From: Pseudomonadota bacterium
Lineage (GTDB): Bacteria > Pseudomonadota > Gammaproteobacteria > Xanthomonadales > Rhodanobacteraceae
NCBI GenBank assembly: GCA_028873095.1
Contig: JAGWMU010000001.1
Location: forward strand, 1 to 53,529
Reading direction: 5' to 3'
Length of the DNA: 53,529 nucleotides
Shown one piece after another: positions 28,881 through 37,387 of the stretch. The position numbers and the translations under genes were made by a program. How positions within the stretch are numbered: the stretch's first letter is position 1; each line of letters begins with the position of its first letter. Under the pieces are notes generated by a model that saw only the letters and a program-made list of their open reading frames with translations, was not told the origin of the DNA and did no database searches.

Positions 28881-30799
28881 TCGCTGGCTCCGCCCCTCCG
28901 ATGGCAGGCAGCTCCATGAACCCAGCCGACACCGCTGTCGATCTGCCCGATCCGGACCTGATCCAGGTCCAGACCATGGACGAGATCACCGTCAAGTTCG
29001 CCGGCGATTCCGGCGACGGCATCCAGCTGGCCGGGCAGAAGTTCGCCCTGCTCGCCAGTGCCGCGGGCGAGACGGTGCGCACCCTGCCCGACTACCCGGC
29101 GGAGATCCGCTCGCCGGCCGGCAGCCTCGGCGGCGTCTCCGGTTTTCAGGTACGCACCGGCAGCGCCGGCATCTACACCGCCGGCGACCGCATCGACCTG
29201 CTGGTGGCGATGAATCCCGCGGCACTGCGCAGCAACCTCGGCGCAGTCAAGGCCAACGGCATCATCATCCTCGACGAAAGCGCATTCACCGCCGCCAACC
29301 TGGCCAAGGCGGACTTTTCCGGCAACCCGCTGGAAGACGGCTCGTTGCGCGATTACCGGGTGTTCCCGGTGCCGATCGGCAAGCTCACCCGCGGTGCCCT
29401 CAAGAGTCTGGGGCTGTCGAACAAGCAGACCAGCCGCAGCCGCAATTTCTTCGCGCTGGGGCTGATCTGCTGGCTGTTCCCGCGGCCACCGGCAGCGGTC
29501 GAGGCGTGGATCGCCCAGCGCTTCGCCGCCACCCCGGAACTGGCCAAGGCCAACCATCTGGCCTTTCATGCCGGCTGGAGCTACGGCGAGACCGCCGAGT
29601 ATTTCGTCAACCCGGTGCGCGTCGCCGTCGACCCGCAGCGGCGCACCGCCGGCGTGTATCGCTTCGTCACCGGCAACGCCGCGCTCGCCAGGGGCCTGGT
29701 GCAGTCCGCCCGCCGCGCCGGGCTGTCGCTGTTCCTCGGCGGCTACCCGATCACCCCGGCGACCGAGGTGATGCAGGAGATCGGCCGCTATCGCGATCCG
29801 GATGTGCGCATGTTCCAGGCCGAGGACGAGATCGCGGCGATCGGCAGCGCCATCGGCGCAGCCTTCGCCGGCGCGCTGGGCGCCACCAGCACCTCCGGCC
29901 CGGGGCTGTCGCTGATGGGCGAATTCCTCAACCTGGCGGTGATCGCCGAGCTGCCGCTGGTGGTGATCGACGTGCAGCGCGCCGGCCCGTCCACCGGCAT
30001 CCCGACCAAGTCCGAGCAGGCCGACCTGTTGCAGGCGTTGCACGGCCGGCACGGCGAATCGCCGTTGCCGGTGCTGGCCACCGCGATGCCGGCGGACTGC
30101 TTCGACACCGTGGTCGAAGCCAGCCGCATCGCACTGCGCTACATGACCCCGGTGGTGGTACTCAGCGACCTGTCGCTGGCCGGCAGCGCCGAAGTCTGGC
30201 GCGAGCCGACGCTGGACGAACTGCCCGAGTTCACCGTGCACCGCGCGGCCGCCTCGGCAGATTTCCAGCCGTACCGGCGCGACCCGGAGACCCTGGCCCG
30301 GCCCTGGGCCGTACCCGGCGACCCGGGCATGGAACACGTCGTCGGCGGCCTGGAGAAGGCCATCGACAGCGGTGCCGTGTGTTACCAGCCGGAAAACCAC
30401 GCGGCGATGGTGCAACTGCGCCACGACAAGGTCGCCGGCATCGCCCGCGAGTACCCGGCCAGCACGGTGCATGGCGACGCCGACGCCCGCCTGCTGCTGC
30501 TCGGCTGGGGCAGCAGCTTCGGCCCGATCCGCGAGGCCACCGACCAGTTGCGCCGGCACGGCCATTCCGTGGCTTGCCTGCACCTGCGCCATCTCAACCC
30601 ACTGCCGCGCGACCTGGGCGAGCTGCTGAAGCGCCACCGCGCGGTGCTGGTGATCGAAAACAATAGCGGCCAGCTCTGGCAACTGCTGCGCGCCGAGTAC
30701 CTGCTCGACCTGCAGCGACTGAACAAGGTGCAAGGCACCGCGTTCCGGATCGCCGAGATCGCCGACGCCGCCGCATCGCTGCTGGAGACCCTCGCATGA
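28877..30799 (+). CDS. korA: 2-oxoacid (2-oxoglutarate):ferredoxin oxidoreductase alpha subunit
   Basis: FAGDSGDGIQL, YPAEIR, GYPITPAT, QAEDEIAA, TSGPGLSL, QRAGPSTGIPTKSEQAD; start uncertain (28877, 28901 or 28916). Confidence 0.88.
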   Translation: MIAGSAPPMAGSSMNPADTAVDLPDPDLIQVQTMDEITVKFAGDSGDGIQLAGQKFALLASAAGETVRTLPDYPAEIRSPAGSLGGVSGFQVRTGSAGIYTAGDRIDLLVAMNPAALRSNLGAVKANGIIILDESAFTAANLAKADFSGNPLEDGSLRDYRVFPVPIGKLTRGALKSLGLSNKQTSRSRNFFALGLICWLFPRPPAAVEAWIAQRFAATPELAKANHLAFHAGWSYGETAEYFVNPVRVAVDPQRRTAGVYRFVTGNAALARGLVQSARRAGLSLFLGGYPITPATEVMQEIGRYRDPDVRMFQAEDEIAAIGSAIGAAFAGALGATSTSGPGLSLMGEFLNLAVIAELPLVVIDVQRAGPSTGIPTKSEQADLLQALHGRHGESPLPVLATAMPADCFDTVVEASRIALRYMTPVVVLSDLSLAGSAEVWREPTLDELPEFTVHRAAASADFQPYRRDPETLARPWAVPGDPGMEHVVGGLEKAIDSGAVCYQPENHAAMVQLRHDKVAGIAREYPASTVHGDADARLLLLGWGSSFGPIREATDQLRRHGHSVACLHLRHLNPLPRDLGELLKRHRAVLVIENNSGQLWQLLRAEYLLDLQRLNKVQGTAFRIAEIADAAASLLETLA

Positions 30800-31776
30800 A
30801 CCCCACCACGGTCGCTCCGATCACGGCGGCGGAGCCGCCGACCGCGCCCAGCCGCACGGACTTCCTCAGCAAATCCACTCCGCGCTGGTGCCCCGGCTGC
30901 GGCTGCTTCGGCGTGCTCAAATCGCTGACCGCCACCTATGCCGGCCTCGGCATGCCGCGCGAGCGGCTGGTCACCATTTCCGGCATCGGCTGCACTTCGC
31001 GCCTGCCCTACTACACCGCCACCTACGGCTTTCATACCCTGCACGGTCGCGCGCCGACCGTGGCGCTGGGGGTCAAGCTGGCCAATCCCGAACTCTCGGT
31101 CTGGGTGATTTCCGGCGACGGCGATGCGCTGGCGATCGGCGCCAACCACACCCTGCACCTGCTGCGGCGCAATCCCGACATCAAGATGCTGTTGTTGAAC
31201 AACCAGATCTACGGACTGACCAAGGGGCAAGCCTCACCCACCAGCCCGCGCGGGATGGTCACCCGCTCGACGCCCTACGGCGTGCCCGACACGCCGATCA
31301 ATCCGGTCAACCTGGCGCTGGCCGCCGGCGCCACGTTCGTGGCCCGGGTCGCCGACACCGACGGCGCGATGATGGAGGAGGTATTCGCGGCGGCCCACGC
31401 CCACCGCGGGGTGGCGTTCGTCGAGGTGATGCTCAACTGCGTCACCTTTCACGATGGCGCCTACGCCAAGATCACCGACCACGAAACCCGCGACGACTAC
31501 GCGCTGGCGATGCGCCCGGGCCAGCCGTTGCTGTACGGAAAACAGCAGCGCAAGGCGCTGGTGGCCGACCACGGCCGGATCCTGGCGCTGCCGCTGGGGG
31601 ACGCCGAAGCGGTGCCCGAACAGGCCCTGCGCCACGACCCGCAGTCTGCGGATACCGGCCTGGCGCAGCAGCTTGCGCTGATGGGACCGCCGGATCTGCC
31701 CTGCGCCCTGGGTATCTTCAGGCAGGTGCAGGCGCCGGTCTACGGGCTCGACCCGAAGCATGACCAGGAGGCGTGA
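30796..31776 (+). CDS. korB: 2-oxoacid:ferredoxin oxidoreductase beta subunit (TPP-binding)
   Basis: WCPGCG, SGIGCTSR, HTLHGRA, GDGD...NNQIYGLTKGQASPT, NCVTF. Confidence 0.9.
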   Translation: MNPTTVAPITAAEPPTAPSRTDFLSKSTPRWCPGCGCFGVLKSLTATYAGLGMPRERLVTISGIGCTSRLPYYTATYGFHTLHGRAPTVALGVKLANPELSVWVISGDGDALAIGANHTLHLLRRNPDIKMLLLNNQIYGLTKGQASPTSPRGMVTRSTPYGVPDTPINPVNLALAAGATFVARVADTDGAMMEEVFAAAHAHRGVAFVEVMLNCVTFHDGAYAKITDHETRDDYALAMRPGQPLLYGKQQRKALVADHGRILALPLGDAEAVPEQALRHDPQSADTGLAQQLALMGPPDLPCALGIFRQVQAPVYGLDPKHDQEA

Positions 31777-32208
31777 ATGGGCCGCCCCTACGTATATCGC
31801 GCCCCGGTGCGGTTCACCCACACCGATCCGGCCGGCTATGTATTTTTCCCGCGCTTTTTCGAGATGTTCCAGGCCGCGGTCGAGGACTGGTTCAACCACT
31901 GCCTGGGACTGAACTACGCCGAGCAGATCCTGCTTCACGGCGTCGGTTTTCCGACCGCGCATACCGAATGCGATTTCGTGCGTCCCTGCCGGCTCGGCGA
32001 AACGCTTGATCTGCGCCTGATACTGGAAAAAGTCGGCTGCAGCTCGCTGACCCTGCGCTTCGACGGCAGCGTGGGCGGCGAGAAGCGGCTGTGCGCGCGC
32101 TCGGTACTGGTGACCATCGACATGCAACACGGCCGCCCGCAACCGATCGGCACTGAGCTGGGCGAGCGCTTGCGCGCCTACCTGGCGCTGTGCCAGGCCG
32201 ATGCCTGA
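31777..32208 (+). CDS. acyl-CoA thioesterase (4-hydroxybenzoyl-CoA thioesterase/YbgC family)
   Basis: VRFTHTDPAGYVFFPRFFEMF...EDWF. Confidence 0.88.
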   Translation: MGRPYVYRAPVRFTHTDPAGYVFFPRFFEMFQAAVEDWFNHCLGLNYAEQILLHGVGFPTAHTECDFVRPCRLGETLDLRLILEKVGCSSLTLRFDGSVGGEKRLCARSVLVTIDMQHGRPQPIGTELGERLRAYLALCQADA

Positions 32209-32782
32209 GCTGGCCGCGCTGGTTCTGGCCGCCGGCGCCGGTCGACGCTTCGGGGGGATCAAGCAACTGCTGTCGGTAGACGGCGAACCGCTGATCTGCC
32301 GTGCGATCACCCTCGCCCAGACGGTGGCGCCGGGCGCGGTGCAGGTCGTGCTCGGCGCCCATCGCGTGCAGGTCGCCCCCCGGCTGCCGCGGGGCTTGCC
32401 GGTCGTCGAATGCGCCGACTGGGCCGAGGGTCTCGGCACCAGCCTGGCGGCCGGTATTGCCGGATTGCGCGGACAGCCCGACGGCGTGCTGTTGCTGTTG
32501 GCCGATCAGATCGCCTTGCGGGCGGACGCCCTGCAGACGCTGGCGGCACGCTGGCGTGCCGTGCCCGGAAGCGTGTTTTGCGCGTTCTATGACGGCCAGC
32601 CCGGGGTGCCGGCGATCTTTCCACGCCGGCTGTTCGGCGAACTGATGGCCTTGCGCGGCGAGCGCGGCGCCAAACCGCTGCTGCGGCGCGAGTGCGGCCC
32701 GGAGAGGCAGCAGGCCATGCCCGAAGCGGCCATCGACATCGACACCGCCGCCGACCTCACGCGCTGGCAGGCGAGCCGCTAA
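32201..32782 (+). CDS. mocA: molybdenum cofactor cytidylyltransferase-like nucleotidyltransferase (MocA family)
   Basis: LAAGAGRRFGGIKQLL, WAEGLGTSL, LLADQ, GVPAIF, GERGAK, DIDT. Confidence 0.8.
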   Translation: MPELAALVLAAGAGRRFGGIKQLLSVDGEPLICRAITLAQTVAPGAVQVVLGAHRVQVAPRLPRGLPVVECADWAEGLGTSLAAGIAGLRGQPDGVLLLLADQIALRADALQTLAARWRAVPGSVFCAFYDGQPGVPAIFPRRLFGELMALRGERGAKPLLRRECGPERQQAMPEAAIDIDTAADLTRWQASR

Positions 32783-34088
32783 CGGCGTCGGGATGGCGGT
32801 CGATGCGCCGACATTCGGCCCGGTAGCGGCGGGCGGCACCGAGCAGGTTCAGCCCGAGCAGGGCGAAGTCGGCCAGCCACAGTGCCGCCGCCGGTCGCAG
32901 CAGCGCCGGCAGCGGCACGGCGGCGAGCAGCACGACCAGCGCCGCCAGATGCAGGTGGAACTGCCGCCGGGTGCGCGGTTCCGGCAACAGCGACTTCATG
33001 TTCGGCAGGACGATGCGGTGACGCACCTCGATCCGGGTGGCGAGGCGCTGTTGCAGGTGCAGCCAGACCAGGAACGGCACGATCTTGTAGAGCATGCCGT
33101 TGACCACCGACAACGCGAAGCCGAGCAGAAACAGCAAGGCCGCGGCCAGCCCCAGCGTTGCCGCCGCCGCGGGCGCCGCCAGTAGCGCCGCGGCGCCGAT
33201 CAGCGCCGCCAGCAGCAGCGCCAGCATGCCCAGTCGCCAGAAATCGAGGCTGGCATCGCCAACCTTGCGTCGACGCCGGGCCAGCAGGCGCAGGGTGAGC
33301 AGCGCAAACGTCGCCCACAGTGCCGCCAGCAGCAGCACGGGCAGCTGCGCCAGCGGCAAGCCATACCCCGCCGCCAGCGAGCGCCAGCCCAGCAACGCGA
33401 ACAGGCCCGGCGCCAGCCAGCGCCTCAGCAGCGGCGGGTAAGGCGGCGTCATCTGGAACATCGGCACCACTTGCCCGGCGACTACCGCGACCAGGGCCGC
33501 GATCCAGCCGAGCAGGCCCCAGGCCAGATGCAGGTCGGTCAGCGGCAGACGCCACAGTGGCAACCCCAGATCGCTGTGGCCGAGCCCGAGCAGCAGGCCC
33601 AGGCCGAGCGTCAACGCCAGACCGAGCAGGGCCCAGCGCATCCCGCGCACGTTGTCCTGCATCTGCGCCACCCGTGCCAGCCCGAGGCCCATCACCGCGA
33701 GGAATCCGCCGAGCCCCAGGCCCAGCAGCGCCACCGCCGCCCGGAACGCCTCCCGGCCGGCGCCCAGGAAGCCGGACGCCAGACTCAGCGTACCCAGCAG
33801 CAGCAGGCCATGGCACAGCGTACCGAGCAGCCTTGGCCGCGCCACCCGCACGCCCACCAGTACCGGCATCATCTGCAGCAGCGCCCCGCACATCACCATC
33901 GTCAGCACGCCAAGCACCAACAAGTGCGTCAGCGCCAGCGCGCCGGCGCTCCAGCGCGACGCCAGCGCATCGGGACCAAGCCACAGCAGCAGGCCGGCGG
34001 CCGCCAGGCCGAACAGCGGTGCGCTCAGGAAGAAACGCAGCGGCACCGACAGCGGCGGCGCCTGTTCCAGCGACAGTCCGGCGCTCAC
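32757..34088 (-). CDS. polytopic membrane protein typically associated with DUF2249/hemerythrin genes (His-containing TM helices)
   Basis: GTG start coupled to DUF2249 stop; APPLSVPLRFF, THLLVLG, HLAWGLLGW, PMF, GMLYKIVPFLVWLH; about 12 TM segments. Confidence 0.72.
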   Translation of the reverse strand: MSAGLSLEQAPPLSVPLRFFLSAPLFGLAAAGLLLWLGPDALASRWSAGALALTHLLVLGVLTMVMCGALLQMMPVLVGVRVARPRLLGTLCHGLLLLGTLSLASGFLGAGREAFRAAVALLGLGLGGFLAVMGLGLARVAQMQDNVRGMRWALLGLALTLGLGLLLGLGHSDLGLPLWRLPLTDLHLAWGLLGWIAALVAVVAGQVVPMFQMTPPYPPLLRRWLAPGLFALLGWRSLAAGYGLPLAQLPVLLLAALWATFALLTLRLLARRRRKVGDASLDFWRLGMLALLLAALIGAAALLAAPAAAATLGLAAALLFLLGFALSVVNGMLYKIVPFLVWLHLQQRLATRIEVRHRIVLPNMKSLLPEPRTRRQFHLHLAALVVLLAAVPLPALLRPAAALWLADFALLGLNLLGAARRYRAECRRIDRHPDAVSGSPASA

Positions 34089-34342
34089 TCGTCGCCTGCC
34101 GCTGCTTGCAGGTCGGCGGCGCGCCAGATGAGCAGTTCGCAGCGGCCCTCCGCGAGCGCGACCACCCGCCAATCGAAGCCACGCTGCCCGAGCAGCGGAA
34201 ACAGCGGCAGCGGCTCGCGGCTGACCAGTGCCCGCAGCCGCTGTCCGGGCGCCAGTCGGTCGCTGCCGGCGAGAATCCGCTCCATCGGCTCGCACGGCGG
34301 CAGGCCGCGCACGTCGAGGTTCAATTCGGTGGCGGCCACCAT
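34085..34342 (-). CDS. DUF2249 (TusA/SirA-like) domain protein
   Basis: LDVRGLPPCEPMERIL...REPLPLFPLL..RGF. Confidence 0.8.
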   Translation of the reverse strand: MVAATELNLDVRGLPPCEPMERILAGSDRLAPGQRLRALVSREPLPLFPLLGQRGFDWRVVALAEGRCELLIWRAADLQAAAGDE

Positions 34343-34344
34343 GG

Positions 34345-34773
34345 TCAGTACGCCTGCATGCGTTCCAGCAGGATCTGGGCGCGGTCGGCCAGGGTGCTGT
34401 CGCAGAGCGGATAGAGCATCTGCTCCTCCTTCATGTTGTGCTGCTGGATCAGGATGTGCAGCGTTTCACTCAGGCCCAGAAAATCGTCCAGCTCGCGGTC
34501 TTCCAGCGCCTGCCGCAGCTGCGCCATCATCGCCCTTATCTGCCCGTGCTCCATGCGCATCACCGCGGTGGGCCCGCCGACCATGCCGCTGCGGGCCTCG
34601 AATTCGGGAAACAGCACAGTTTCCTCGATCGACAGGTGCCGCTCCATCGCCGCTTCGAAGCCGGCGTAGGCGGCCTGCGCGACAGCCCGGTCGCCGTCGG
34701 CGGCGGCATTTTCGGCCTTGGCGAACAGTTCGTCGCAATCGCCGTGGTCGGCAGTGAGGAAGTCGGTCAGCAT
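34345..34773 (-). CDS. hemerythrin HHE domain protein
   Basis: DHGDCDELF, RHLSIEETVLFP, GGPTAVMRMEH, QQHNMKEEQMLYP. Confidence 0.9.
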   Translation of the reverse strand: MLTDFLTADHGDCDELFAKAENAAADGDRAVAQAAYAGFEAAMERHLSIEETVLFPEFEARSGMVGGPTAVMRMEHGQIRAMMAQLRQALEDRELDDFLGLSETLHILIQQHNMKEEQMLYPLCDSTLADRAQILLERMQAY

Positions 34774-35837
34774 GGCAGGTCCCGGTCCGTTTCAATGACG
34801 ACCGACTCTGGCACAGGCCCGCGCCGGCAGTCCTGTTCCAGGTCAAGTCCTTGCGCATGGGTCTGCAGGCGTGCCGCCAGCGACAGCGCGATGGCGGCGG
34901 CGCCGTTCCCGCCCAAGGGCAGCCCGGCAGGGGACTCCAAGTGCCCGCCCAGGCGTTCGCGGACGCTGCCGGGCAAGGTCGCCAGCACGTCCTCGCGCCG
35001 GCGTTCCGGACCGAGCAGGCCGATGTAGCCGGGCAACTGCGGCCAGCCGGCCAACGTCGCCAGCGCCTCGCGGTCGTAGCCGAAGTGGTGGGCCATGACC
35101 AGCACCGCGTCGTAGCAGCCCCCCTCGGTCGGGGTCGCCGGCAGCAGGCGCTCGACCAGCGTCCCGCAGGCAGCCCAGTCCGGACGCGGCTCGACCAGAT
35201 CCACCCGCCAGCCGAGCTGGTCCAGCAGCGGCAGCAGCCGTTCGCTTTCCGGCCCGGCGCCGCAGATCAGCGCCCTCGGCAGCGGCGCCACCTGCAAGTC
35301 CCAGGCGGCGTCGCCGGGTTCCGCCGCCGCGGTCGCCTCGTCCACCGGCAGCGACCATTCGGCCCGCAGGGTGCCGGCCCGCGCGCACAGCCGACCCGAC
35401 ACGGCATAGCTGAACCGCAACGCGTGGCCGAGTTCGCGGTAGTCGGACAGGATCGGGCGCAGAGCGGGCAGCGCCGGCAGCGGCAGCACCAGCACCTGCT
35501 GCCGACCCCGGCAGCCGGCACCGGAGCCGGAAAACACATCGGACAGATCGCGGTTGTCGAGGTCGAGCAGGCGCACCCGGCCATCGAGCCGGGTGGCATC
35601 GGCGGCCACCCGCACGTCGCGTTCCAGGCAGCCCGCACTGACCCAGCCGCAGCGCCGGCCCGCGACGCTGAAATGGACCAGGGTTCCCGCTTTGGCATAG
35701 GCATGGCCGGCGACGCCGAGCACCAGCGCCAGCACCCCGGGCTGCGGCTGGCCGAGATCCTCGATGCAGGCGTCCAGCGCCGCCTTGCTGGGCGCACCGG
35801 AAACGTATTGCAGCGTCGCCGCCGATTCTGTGGCCAT
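34767..35837 (-). CDS. xdhC: XdhC/CoxF family molybdoenzyme maturation factor
   Basis: GHAYAKAG, GWVSAGCLE, GAGCRG, ICGAGPE, VMAHH...D, YIGLLGP..RR, PAGLPLGG...AIALS. Confidence 0.88.
   Translation of the reverse strand: MATESAATLQYVSGAPSKAALDACIEDLGQPQPGVLALVLGVAGHAYAKAGTLVHFSVAGRRCGWVSAGCLERDVRVAADATRLDGRVRLLDLDNRDLSDVFSGSGAGCRGRQQVLVLPLPALPALRPILSDYRELGHALRFSYAVSGRLCARAGTLRAEWSLPVDEATAAAEPGDAAWDLQVAPLPRALICGAGPESERLLPLLDQLGWRVDLVEPRPDWAACGTLVERLLPATPTEGGCYDAVLVMAHHFGYDREALATLAGWPQLPGYIGLLGPERRREDVLATLPGSVRERLGGHLESPAGLPLGGNGAAAIALSLAARLQTHAQGLDLEQDCRRGPVPESVVIETDRDLPC
34833..34846 (-). promoter_or_regulatory. possible FNR/DNR-type site for the hemerythrin module (inside the xdhC 3' end)
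   Basis: Minus strand TTGAC-CTGG-AACAG, 22 nt upstream of CAGAGT (-10-like, 34810-34805), giving -41.5 geometry; second half-site is degenerate. Confidence 0.42.
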
Positions 35838-35872
35838 GGTGGCGATCACGGCGGGTGGCCGACGACCGCGCA

Positions 35873-37243
35873 CTATTTCGCCAGCGGCTCGAAGCGCGCC
35901 GTGAAGTGCCGCAGCGCGGGCGGCTCGTCGACGATCCGGTAGCCGCGCAGCTCGCCGGCACGGGCCGCGACCTCGGTGCAGACCTCGACGACGTAGTCGA
36001 TGTGGCTCTGGGTGTAGGTACGGCGGGGAATGGCGAGGCGCACCAGGTCGAGCGCGGCGGCGGTCTCGCTGCCGTCGGGGTGGCGGCCGAACATGACCGT
36101 GCCGATCTCGCAGCTGCGAATGCCGCCAGCTTCGTAGAGCGCGATCGCGAGGGCCTGTCCGGGGTACTGCAGCGGCGGGATGTGGGGCAGCAAGGCGCGG
36201 GCGTCGAGGTAGACCGCGTGGCCGCCGCTCGGACGCATGACCGGGATGCCGGCAGCGTGCAGGCCGTCGCCGAGGTAGTCGGTGGAACGGATGCGGTAAC
36301 GCAGGTAGTCGTGCTGGACAACCTCCTTCAGGCCCTGGGCGATGGCATCAAGGTCACGGCCGGCCAAGCCACCGTAAGTCGGGAAGCCCTCGGTCAGGAT
36401 CAGCAGATTGCGGCAACGTGCGGCGAGCCTGTCGTCGCGGACGGCGAGCCAGCCGCCGATATTGGCCAGGCCATCCTTCTTCGCGCTCATGGTCATGCCG
36501 TCGGCGAGGGCGGCGATCTCGCGCACGATGTCGGCGACGTCACGCCCGCCCTGGCCGCTTTCGCGCTCGCGGATGAACCAGGCATTCTCGGCGAAGCGGC
36601 AGGCATCGAGGAACAGCGGCACACGGTGGCGATCGCACAGCGCGCGCACGCCACGCAGGTTCTCCAGCGAGACCGGCTGGCCGCCGCCGGAATTGTTGGT
36701 GATGGTGACGAACACGGCGGGCACGTCGTCGCGACGGGCACTGAGCAGGGCATCGAGCCGGCCGAGGTCCATGTTGCCCTTGAACGGGTGTTCCAGGGCG
36801 GGGTCGAGGCCTTCGGCAATGGGCAGATCGACCGCCTCGGCGCCGGTCGCCTCGATATTGGCGCGGGTGGTGTCGAAATGGGTGTTGCTGGGTATGACGA
36901 GTCCCGGCCCGCCGATCGCGGCCATCAGGATCTTCTCGGCGGCGCGGCCCTGATGGGTGGGGATCACGTGGGCGAACGGAAACAGCTCCTTGACCGCCGC
37001 TTCGAAGCGGTACCACGACGGCGAGCCCGCGTAGGCCTCGTCGCCGCGCTGGACGCAGGCCCACTGCTCGCTCGACATGGCGCCGGTGCCGGAGTCGGTA
37101 AGCAGGTCGATCAGGACGTCCTCGCTGCGCAGCGAGAACAGGTTGTAGCCGGCCTTCACGATCGCTTCGCGCCGCTCGGCGGCGGTACTCATGCGAAGCG
37201 GCTCGACCGAGTGGATGCGGAACGGTTCGATGATGGTAGGCAT
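35873..37243 (-). CDS. tnaA: tryptophanase (tryptophan indole-lyase, PLP beta-eliminating lyase)
   Basis: EPFRI, IDLLTDSGT, GDEAYAGS, THQGRAAE, MSAKKDG (PLP Lys); tryptophanase-type specificity residues FDTT, EIG, LRHF. Confidence 0.85.
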   Translation of the reverse strand: MPTIIEPFRIHSVEPLRMSTAAERREAIVKAGYNLFSLRSEDVLIDLLTDSGTGAMSSEQWACVQRGDEAYAGSPSWYRFEAAVKELFPFAHVIPTHQGRAAEKILMAAIGGPGLVIPSNTHFDTTRANIEATGAEAVDLPIAEGLDPALEHPFKGNMDLGRLDALLSARRDDVPAVFVTITNNSGGGQPVSLENLRGVRALCDRHRVPLFLDACRFAENAWFIRERESGQGGRDVADIVREIAALADGMTMSAKKDGLANIGGWLAVRDDRLAARCRNLLILTEGFPTYGGLAGRDLDAIAQGLKEVVQHDYLRYRIRSTDYLGDGLHAAGIPVMRPSGGHAVYLDARALLPHIPPLQYPGQALAIALYEAGGIRSCEIGTVMFGRHPDGSETAAALDLVRLAIPRRTYTQSHIDYVVEVCTEVAARAGELRGYRIVDEPPALRHFTARFEPLAK

Positions 37244-37318
37244 GGGGCGGTGGAACCTCCGGAAATGGCCCTGGGGCGCGCGCGGATTTCATTCTGGCGT
37301 GAAAGCGCCGCCACCGAC

Positions 37319-37332
37319 TTGACCCAAGACAA
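37319..37332. promoter_or_regulatory. FNR/ANR/DNR-type box shared by divergent tnaA and tyrB promoters
   Basis: TTGAC-CCAA-GACAA; 22 nt to TAAGCT (37355-37360, +) and 22 nt to CAGAAT (37296-37291, -), so centred at -41.5 for both. Confidence 0.65.
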
Positions 37333-37387
37333 GCCGGCATCGCCCACCCGCGCCTAAGCTGTCGCCACCGCCGTTGCCGAGACGCCC

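Noticed and set aside
35873-37243. Tyrosine phenol-lyase feeding phenol into the Hcr pathway
   Set aside because: All three diagnostic positions are tryptophanase-type, and no phenylphosphate synthase/carboxylase genes are in the window.
37244-37387. TnaC-like leader peptide
   Set aside because: No short Trp-containing ORF ending in Pro-stop upstream of tnaA; the ATGs there belong to a long shadow frame.
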